The notes beneath the pieces were generated by a model. That model worked only from the letters and a program-made list of their open reading frames with translations, did not search any database and was not told where the DNA came from. DNA of 63,699 nucleotides, filler included, from Chrysochromulina tobinii (taxonomy: Eukaryota), in assembly GCA_001275005.1 (NCBI GenBank). It is 7 parts of 7 records of this genome, joined end to end, with 100 filler letters (N's around TTAATTAATTAA, not from the genome) between each part and the next. Parts side by side here need not be neighbours in the genome. Positions count along the whole stretch, not along the records: positions 45,599 to 61,866 come from JWZX01001290.1; positions 61,967 to 63,699 come from JWZX01001305.1; 5 more parts are not named here. One strand, 5' to 3'. Below are positions 57,201-63,699 of this stretch, piece by piece. Position numbers and translations under genes: made by a program. Position 1 is the stretch's first letter, and each line of letters opens with the position of its first letter.

Positions 57201-57798
57201 GGACTGGCCCCCGATTGTGGCGACGACGATCAAGGACGTCGTCCAGTCTGCCGTGTCAGGTCTTTGCCACGACAAGGAGCGGAAGAGGCTCACGGTGTCC
57301 GCCGCACTCGCGACGCTCACGAGCCTGGTGGATGAAGATGGCAGCAGAGGCAGTGGCCAGGGCGCGCCCCAGGACTCGGTGCTTTCAAGCTCGGAGCAGA
57401 CCGCGAGCAAGGCGGCTGGCTACGTGCCCTCGCCGCTCTCGATGCAAGTACGCGAAACGCGCAAGGGCACCGATGCACACAAGAGCATCAAGGACAACAT
57501 GCTGCTCGCGTTCAGCAACCTGATGCCTCGACTCGACGCCATCTACGCAGCAAGGGCAGCGCAGGCGCCCGAGGGCTTTGAGGAGCGCATCAACTATTGG
57601 CATCGTGAGTGTGGCATGCGGATCGACCTGAAAGATCGGTTGCACTCGCTCCGCATTTGGGCGAATGCCGCGCGCCACCTCGACGACGATCGGTGGCGCC
57701 GCGATGGCCCACGGGACGAGGCGGAGGCGTCGCAGCTAGTGTCCGCGGTGAAGACGGCGCTCGAGGCGCTCGAGGGCGCTTCCTCACGTACACGATGA
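54280..57798 (+). CDS. Ankyrin-repeat + IRAK/Pelle-like kinase + C-terminal HEPN-like helical domain protein (intronless)
   Basis: About 13 ANK repeats, 11 of them near-identical 99-bp units. Kinase motifs IGSGGYGNVY, IAVK, HRDFKPENILL, DTG (for DFG), TLGYLDP. C-terminal LHSLRIWANAARH. Confidence 0.85.
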   Translation: MAKGSFVASNAMVGALCRGDEAKAVGLIDSVKEAAHLGKCLLSACETGHPKCARLLLAAHAAVDQADSDGRTPLIAACDQGHGDCVQLLLAAHAAVDQADSHGRTPLIAACFKGNGDCVQLLLAAHAVVDQANSDGPTPLLAACVKGDGGCVQLLLAAHAAVDQAASDGRTPLIAACVKGDGGCVQLLLAAHAAIDQAASDGRTPLIAACFKGDGDCVQLLLAAHAAVDQAASDGTTPLYAACLNGHGGCVQLLLAAHAVVDHMASDGTTPLYAACLKDHGDCVQLLLAAHAAVDQADSHGFTPLIAACFEDHGGCVRLLLAAHAAIDQAASDGTTPLHAACIKGDGGCVQLLLAAHAAVDQADSSGNTPLHAACYYGDGDCDCVQLLLAAHAVVDQANSQGRTPLIAACLEGHGGYVQLLLAAHAAIDQANSDGTTPLIAACSKGSIDIVKLLLHAGARTDLRSASGTALDIAEAQGHTVIARFLRSRRRAPATIAAAVAPVSSAERAAAERAAELAAAALLAEEEAEGAHKQQAQTNKASKKAKAKQARASEARAPVECASAAASGSAEADSEVSAAAGDEDGVGSAPSAAADEALRVAMAAAQYEGLVGAIEEHHARASEGVLAEARAMRERLHQKCKQESQKLRRKHAAEMEMQTSLSKLSLHEVTQSPPAASSASAHAAPASEATEAPSAPPAAVALTLAELAAATDGFGEQRLIGSGGYGNVYTADALSSLRPEALPLRLRHKPIAVKCAKSGVHDLTDLRREVSVLQQCSHPHVLPLLGYCLEHGAPPCLVFPLMRGGSFADRLWPKEADSEHLRRLGLPASLSPLMWHERLRILRQATDALLYLHTPVPGGKGAVVHRDFKPENILLDDELNAYLADTGFAKMDAGPEASKMKSASNAFYLTLGYLDPSVSAGGAYSAVTDGWALGITLLVALTGRSPLKIINKCEEEFELDFAEIDAEKLADAGADWPPIVATTIKDVVQSAVSGLCHDKERKRLTVSAALATLTSLVDEDGSRGSGQGAPQDSVLSSSEQTASKAAGYVPSPLSMQVRETRKGTDAHKSIKDNMLLAFSNLMPRLDAIYAARAAQAPEGFEERINYWHRECGMRIDLKDRLHSLRIWANAARHLDDDRWRRDGPRDEAEASQLVSAVKTALEALEGASSRTR

Positions 57799-58239
57799 GT
57801 ATCATCGCGACAGGACGCCATGGCGTCATCAGATACATTACACTACCACAGAGGCGTCATCAGAGGCTTCATCAGATACATTACACTATCGGGGGCACAC
57901 ACGCGCACGCTTTTTTACGTACCGAGAGGCTGTGTACGTTGTTAGGTGTACGCGGTCCCGTAGCTTTTAGCCTGAGCCCGTCAGCGTGTGCTCGAAAAAA
58001 TCCGCAGCTGAATACAGTGAAACGCGCCGGGCACGTACCGGACACCGCACGAATCACGATAGTCGACGCATAAATCGCCTCGCCAAATCCTCGCCAACTA
58101 GTCTCCAGCAAGAGCTCAGATGAAGATCAACATGCACGTGTCAAGCTAGGGCGCCTGCAAGCTGCATCGGCCATCACGATCACGCCCTTTCGGCTCTCCA
58201 AACTCCAAACGATTAAGGGGACCCCCGACGCAAACCCGC

Positions 58240-59865
58240 TCAGATGTCCACGACCTTGCCTGGGTTGAGGATGTTGAGTGGGTCGAGACTTCGCTTGAGC
58301 TCCCGCATCATCTCGACGGTGTTCTCGCCGTACTGAGGCACGAGATACTTCTTCTTGCCCACGCCTATGCCGTGCTCGCCTGTGCACGAGCCGCCCGCGG
58401 CGAGTGTGCGCGCCATCAGCCGCTCATTGATGGCGTTCAGCTTCGCCACGTACTCGGGAGGATCGTCGTGACGCACAAGGAGGATGCAGTGGAAGTTGCC
58501 GTCGCCCGCGTGCCCAAAGATGGGACCCCATACGCCCGAAGAGGCCACGTCATCCGCCGTCTGGCGCATCACCTCCGCCAGTCGCGAGATGGGCACCACC
58601 GCGTCCGTCACTATCCCGCGCGAGCCCGGGCGCAAAGCGAGCGCCGCGTAGTACGTCGAATGGCGCGCCGCCCAGAGGCGCCGGCGCTCGCTTTCGGAAG
58701 TCGCCCACTGGAAAGAGCCGCCGCCGCTGTCATCGCAGCACTCCTTGGCGACCGAGGCGATGGCGCCCACCATCTCATCAGAGACGCCTTCAAACTCGAG
58801 GAACAGAGTCGGGCCCACGGGCACATCGGGCACCTGATGAGGGAGGCCATCAGCGTGGGCTCATCAGTGGAATCATGAGCGGTCATCAGAGGAGCAGAGT
58901 CGGACCCACGGGCACCTAATTAGGGACGCAGCCATACGTGACCTAATTAGGGCATGTCGCTCACCTCGGTGGCATAGGAGTTGAAGGCGCGAATGGCGGA
59001 CGCGTCGAGCAGTTCACAGCGCGCGAGGGGCACGCCGCTCTGCAATAGGCTCGCAACGGCCGCCGCTGCCGCCTCGAGGGTCGGGAAGAGGCACGTGGCT
59101 GCACTCACGGCCGCCGGCAGCGGATACAGCTTGAGCTGCGCCTCTGTGATGATGGCCAGGGTCCCCTCACTGCCCACGAGCAGTCGCGTGAGGTCATACC
59201 CTGCGGATGACTTGCGCGCGCGCCCACCGGTACGCACCACCGCGCCGGACGCAAGGACCTAATCAGGGACGCAGCCATACGTCACCAGAGGCCATCCGAT
59301 TGCAATCAGAGGCCATCAGCTAGCATACTGCAGTCAGCCCCAAAGTATTCTCACGCATGGTACCATAACGAACGGTGCTCGTGCCGGAGGCGCCGCAGGC
59401 GACCATGCCGCCTAGCGAGGCGTCCGCGCCCGGGTCGACGGGGAAGTGCAAGCCCGTCTCGCGCAAGTGCGAGTTCAGAGACTTGCGCGTCACCCCTGCC
59501 TGTACGCGGCAGTCCATGTCCGCTGCGTTCACCTCCAGGATGCCGTTCATCTCGGAGAGATCGAGGCAAACGCCGCCGTGCACCGCCTGTATGTGGCCTT
59601 CGAGTGATGTGCCCGTGCCAAAGGAGATGAGTGGCGTCCGAGTCTCCGCGCACAGCCGGACGACCGCCGACACCTCCTCAGTGCTGTGGGCGTAGACGAC
59701 CGCTGAAGGCGGAACCGACGGGTGGTGTGATTCGTCATCGCCGTGCCGATCAAGGATTGAGGCGTTCGTGGTCACACGGTGCACCACACGCTCCAACTGC
59801 GCCAGCAGCGCGTCGCCGACCGAGACACGCGCAGCAGCGGTCGTGAAGCGTCGACGCACCAGCAT
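58240..59865 (-). CDS. LDHD: FAD-linked D-lactate dehydrogenase (exons 59865-59329, 59258-58965, 58833-58240; about 474 aa)
   Basis: FGTGTSLEGH, FPVDPGADASLGGM, KSSAGYDLT, GSEGTL, GHAGDGNFH, TGEHGIG, LNPGK. Mitochondrial-type N-terminus. Confidence 0.92.
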
Positions 59866-60037
59866 ATGATGAGCGAAATTCCACAAGCATTTCGTCATTT
59901 TTTATCGTTCTCCGAATTCAAGTCTCCGTGTACAGGGAGACACACGTGTTGAAGAGAGCGCGGCAGAGAGGTGTGGCCCGTTTGATTCTTTGCGGAATCC
60001 CGCGCCATGCGCAAAATCGCTTTGGAGTTCACCTCTC

Positions 60038-61027
60038 ATGTTCGCCCTCGCACTCCTGTCCGCCGCCGCGTTCCCGCCGGCCACGCAGTATACATGGCGC
60101 GGCCACAAGTGCTCCTACGTCAAGGCGGGCCAGGGCCCACCTGTGTTGCTGCTTCACGGCTTCGCTGGCAGCGCATTCAACTGCTGGCGGAGCACGGTGC
60201 CAGCGCTTGCTGCCACGCACACCGTCTACGGCCTTGACCTGCTTGGACTCGGCGCCAGCGCTCAGCCAGCAAACGTCGAGTACAGCATCGATCTGTGGCG
60301 CGAGCAGTGCGCCGACTTTCTGCGGGAGCACACGAGCCGCGAGCCGCCGATCATCATCGGACATTCCTTCGGTTCGCTCATCGCCCTGGAGCTGGCGCGG
60401 GAATGTGCCTCCGTGGGCTCGCCGGTGCGTGGCGTCGGCATGATGAACTGCGGCGTCGGCATGAACAACAAGAACGCGCTCAAGGTCGAGGGCTGGCGAG
60501 CGCGCCAAGCGGCCAAAGGCATCGACGTTGAGCCTGCGGCGGAAGGATGGCAATTAGCCTTCATTGGCGCCGTGCTGGCGCTGGTCGATGCCATCTTCAA
60601 CCAGCGGTGGCTGCTGACCTTCATCCTCGACAAGTTTGCCACCGCGGACAATGTGCGCAGCGCGCTCCAGCGCAGCGTCTACGTCAACCCCGAGTGCGTG
60701 ACGGACGACCTCGTCGATGATTACCTCTCACTGGCTACGGACAAAGAGGCGGCCGTGGAGGTACTTCGCCAAATCTATACCAATGACGGCGGTCCGCTTC
60801 CCTTCGACGCCGCCGACGCCCTGCCCGATGATCTGCCCATCCTCGTCGTGTGGGGTGACACCGACAACCTGGCACCGATCACGGGACCAGTCGGCCGCTA
60901 CTTCCGCCAGCGCGCACAGGCGCTGCCAGCCACACGTTTTGAGGAGATCCACGCCGGCCACGTGCCACAGGACGACAGCCCGGAACAGGCCAATGCCATA
61001 TTGAGAGAGTGGCTGGCGGGCGTGTAA
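60038..61027 (+). CDS. Alpha/beta hydrolase (Abhydrolase_6-like)
   Basis: LLLHGF, DLLGLGAS, GHSFG nucleophile, WGDTD, AGHVPQDD. Confidence 0.9.
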   Translation: MFALALLSAAAFPPATQYTWRGHKCSYVKAGQGPPVLLLHGFAGSAFNCWRSTVPALAATHTVYGLDLLGLGASAQPANVEYSIDLWREQCADFLREHTSREPPIIIGHSFGSLIALELARECASVGSPVRGVGMMNCGVGMNNKNALKVEGWRARQAAKGIDVEPAAEGWQLAFIGAVLALVDAIFNQRWLLTFILDKFATADNVRSALQRSVYVNPECVTDDLVDDYLSLATDKEAAVEVLRQIYTNDGGPLPFDAADALPDDLPILVVWGDTDNLAPITGPVGRYFRQRAQALPATRFEEIHAGHVPQDDSPEQANAILREWLAGV

Positions 61028-61149
61028 GTGGGTTGCACGCGACATTGGCGGGCGGCGTGTGAATGTTCTTCTGCTTCGTTCTACTAAACCTTACACCTTC
61101 GCTCATGCCTTCGCTATGTCAAATCACAAATGGCACATGAACTTTGTTC

Positions 61150-61629
61150 TCACAGATCGTCCGGGCGATCCAACGCACTTCGATCCACAGCTTTCCCGCG
61201 CGCCTGATTTGCTCGGCCGCCAGCGGCTGGATGATGCCGCGGCACCTTGGACTCGCCGAGCCTTCCGATGGCCCGATCCAGTAGATCCTGATGCTCATAG
61301 CAATCGCTGAACTCGACGCCACGCGAGACGAGAAGTGAGACCAACTCGGCAGAGCTCATGGCCTGAAGTCGACCGACCGAAACAGTACTCGTCGAGGCTT
61401 CCGGCGGTGGCGCAGCCGCTTTCTGCGCACTGGCGGCCCTTGCAGCGGCAGCTCGCCCAATCTCCTTTGCGTACGCAGGCTGCACGCCAGCGTCTCTTGC
61501 CTTCGCCTCTTGGATCTTGGCCATAATGTCGCGAGCACTCAAGCCGCCCGGTCCCTTAAAATTGTCCGCATTGCAGAGAGTCCGCGATGACGGCAGCTGC
61601 AAGCCCAGCAACGCCCGGCGTGCCTTCAT
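61150..61629 (-). CDS. Hypothetical protein with SAP-like motif
   Basis: LQAMSSAELVSLLVSRGVEFSDCYEHQDLLDRA; boundaries uncertain. Confidence 0.4.
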   Translation of the reverse strand: MKARRALLGLQLPSSRTLCNADNFKGPGGLSARDIMAKIQEAKARDAGVQPAYAKEIGRAAAARAASAQKAAAPPPEASTSTVSVGRLQAMSSAELVSLLVSRGVEFSDCYEHQDLLDRAIGRLGESKVPRHHPAAGGRANQARGKAVDRSALDRPDDL

Positions 61630-61966
61630 CGACCCGTGTCCAACTCCTGTGCGTGCAAAGTTGTATAAGCCCACTGATAGGGTTTCGTCGCGCCTTCGCG
61701 CCGCTATCGCGCTCTGCTGCTGTGTCACGCGTGGGGACACAGCGATCGTGGTACGGTACGTACTAGATAGGGGGGATTGGTCATTTAGATGCCCGTCGGG
61801 TTAGCACTTCCTCTCGGGAGTGCGGACCATTGGGTAGTGAGGTCCCGTGTCCGGGACCGGGAGCATNNNNNNNNNNNNNNNNNNNNNNNNNNNNNNNNNN
61901 NNNNNNNNNNTTAATTAATTAANNNNNNNNNNNNNNNNNNNNNNNNNNNNNNNNNNNNNNNNNNNN

Positions 61967-62626
61967 AGCCTTTTTTGTGGCCACAAGCCTGTGATGCAGG
62001 ACGTCATTCAGTATCATAATATATCATCAGTATCATATCAGTATCATGTCGTTGCCAGTATCATATTGTATCATATTGTATCATCAGTATCATATCAGTA
62101 TCATTGTGTCTCACCTGAATCCTCGTCCATCCTGGAACTCCCAATCCATCTTGCCTTCGCCTGGCACCCCAGCGCCGCCAACACGTCCACCCATGCGTTC
62201 GGTCATAAACTCCTTGGTGCGCTGCACGTCCTCGTACAGGGTGTTGTCCGTGATGGCCTTGCGGATGATCTCTCGGCCGAGCTTCCAGGTGGTGTAGGTG
62301 CCATGCTGCTGGATCAAGGGGTTGCTGTCGACCTTGGAGCACGGCCAGTCGATGTAGTCTTGACGCTTCTTGCGCGCCTTCGATTCCGCGTTCGCGGCGG
62401 CAATGGCAGCTGACCAGTCTGGTGCTTGTCCTGCTGCTGGAAGGACTCGAGGCGCAGACTGCGCCAACTGCTCCTGCTTGAGGGCAGCCAGCTTTTGCTC
62501 CTCAACCTTCATCATCTCGATCTTCTCATGCTTCTTGAGCATCTTCGAGGAGTCGAAGAGCTTCTGCAGTTCCCCCATCACGCGCAGCTGCTCCATCAGC
62601 CTCTCCACCACGCTTTTCTGCTCCAT
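61967..62626 (-). CDS. Partial hypothetical coiled-coil protein (intron 62114-61989), divergent from the transposase-like gene
   Basis: Charged helical ORF, CAG|GTGAG donor, ATGAT-repeat intron, CACAG acceptor; runs off the contig. Confidence 0.45.
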
Positions 62627-62935
62627 GGCCCTTGAGTGCTTTTTGCAGATGCGGTGAAATCTCTGATAAATCTGAAGTCGGCTACTGTAATACCGGTATC
62701 TACCGGTATCATATGAAAGACATCGGAAATCTTTCATATGATGGCAGCGCGCGCGCCAGCGCGCCAACCAGCGCGCCATCCCCAAGTGCAGCGTCACACT
62801 GGCGCAGATTACGAGGCAGGCCGAGTCCATCAGCGCAATGAGGTTCAGCCTTTACTTGGCCACAAGGGAGTCCTCCAGCCGCCGCAAGGAGCACCCTTAG
62901 GCCCTGGCAAGGGCCCCAGCACAGAGGTCATCCGG

Positions 62936-63699
62936 ATGGGCCGCGGAGGCTCACAGTGGAAGACCATCAAGCAGTTCCCTTCGTGGAAGGAGGCTAAAGC
63001 TGCCATGAGGAAGGGCACCATTGAGGGCAAGTGGGAATGGGCATCCAACTCATCTTCTCCCATCACTGGAAGGAGAGCCTACTACAAGTGTGCGGCGCAC
63101 GTCGACTGCGAAGTGCGCCTTTGCCTCCAGCAGCAGGAGCAGGAGGCTGATGACGCAGTTGTGGTGGCGATAGACCTGTCCAAGGAGCACGGTGAAGAGG
63201 CACGCACGAAGAAGAGGAAGAACTCGGCCCTCACCTATGAACAAGAGGAGAAGGTCAAGCGGCAGCCATCACGTACGTCACGATTATGTGATACTGATAT
63301 GATATACTGATACTGATATGATATACAATGATATTGATGAATACAATACTGTGACATGATACAACATGATACAACATGATACAACATGATACAACATGAT
63401 ACTGACATTCCGTAGGGGCTCCGCACTTGCTGCGTGCTGACTTTTGCGAGGACGAGGATGGAGGAGACCTCATTGAAGACATGGACATTGCTGGCTTCGA
63501 GGGTGTGCCTGAGCTGTCACAGGTTCAGGACTACGTCAAGTACCAAAAGAAGAAAGGTACATGATATGATATGATATGATATGATATTGATATGATACCA
63601 TATGATATGATATGATACAACATGATTGCAGGTGGTATGTATGGCATGCTCAACGACGTTCACGATCTGGTCAGCGTAGCGGAGGACATGAAGCTGCCT
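62936..63699 (+). mobile_element. Possible Mutator/MULE-type transposase N-terminus (exons 62936-63272, 63416-63556, 63632-end)
   Basis: YYKCAAHVDC...EH resembles a WRKY/FLYWCH-like Zn finger; VPELSQVQDYV helix. Two frame-preserving introns filled with ATGAT/ATGATACAAC repeats. No catalytic DDE region lies in the window. Confidence 0.4.

Noticed and set aside
1..63699. tRNA, rRNA or snRNA genes
   Set aside because: None recognised by eye; a covariance-model scan (tRNAscan-SE/Infernal) would be needed to exclude them.

Overview
Eukaryotic, high-GC, gene-dense DNA, most likely from a haptophyte alga (Chrysochromulina-like). That assignment is inferred from gene content and intron style, not from a search. 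The window is seven unrelated contigs joined by artificial 100-nt spacers (44 N + TTAATTAATTAA + 44 N): 1-15419, 15520-19338, 19439-29354, 29455-38782, 38883-45498, 45599-61866 and 61967-63699. By manual splicing I resolve about 28 protein-coding genes. They include leishmanolysin, a 7xShK membrane protein, an ODF3/SHIPPO-repeat protein, an FkbM methyltransferase, a giant bacterial-type beta-helix repeat protein, an aldo/keto reductase, a PDZ-Pro-rich-C2 protein, a KCNH/CNG-type K+ channel, a TBL/PC-esterase, PEX2, PEX13, SpoVS-like, NmrA-like, RPP38-like, D-lactate dehydrogenase, an alpha/beta hydrolase and a possible Mutator-type transposase. The four most notable observations are: (1) an intronless ankyrin-kinase-HEPN-like gene whose domain order matches RNase L and whose near-identical ankyrin repeats vary mainly at ligand-binding positions; (2) a spliced three-enzyme fusion of mRNA cap N7-methyltransferase, NadD/NMNAT-like nucleotidyltransferase and NMP kinase; (3) a pervasive intron class built from a duplicated exon junction, a 10-11-nt CTGA-containing tandem array and a shared TCATCAG acceptor; (4) dispersed motifs found near gene starts and contig ends. 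All domain calls come from motif recognition by eye; no database searches were run.
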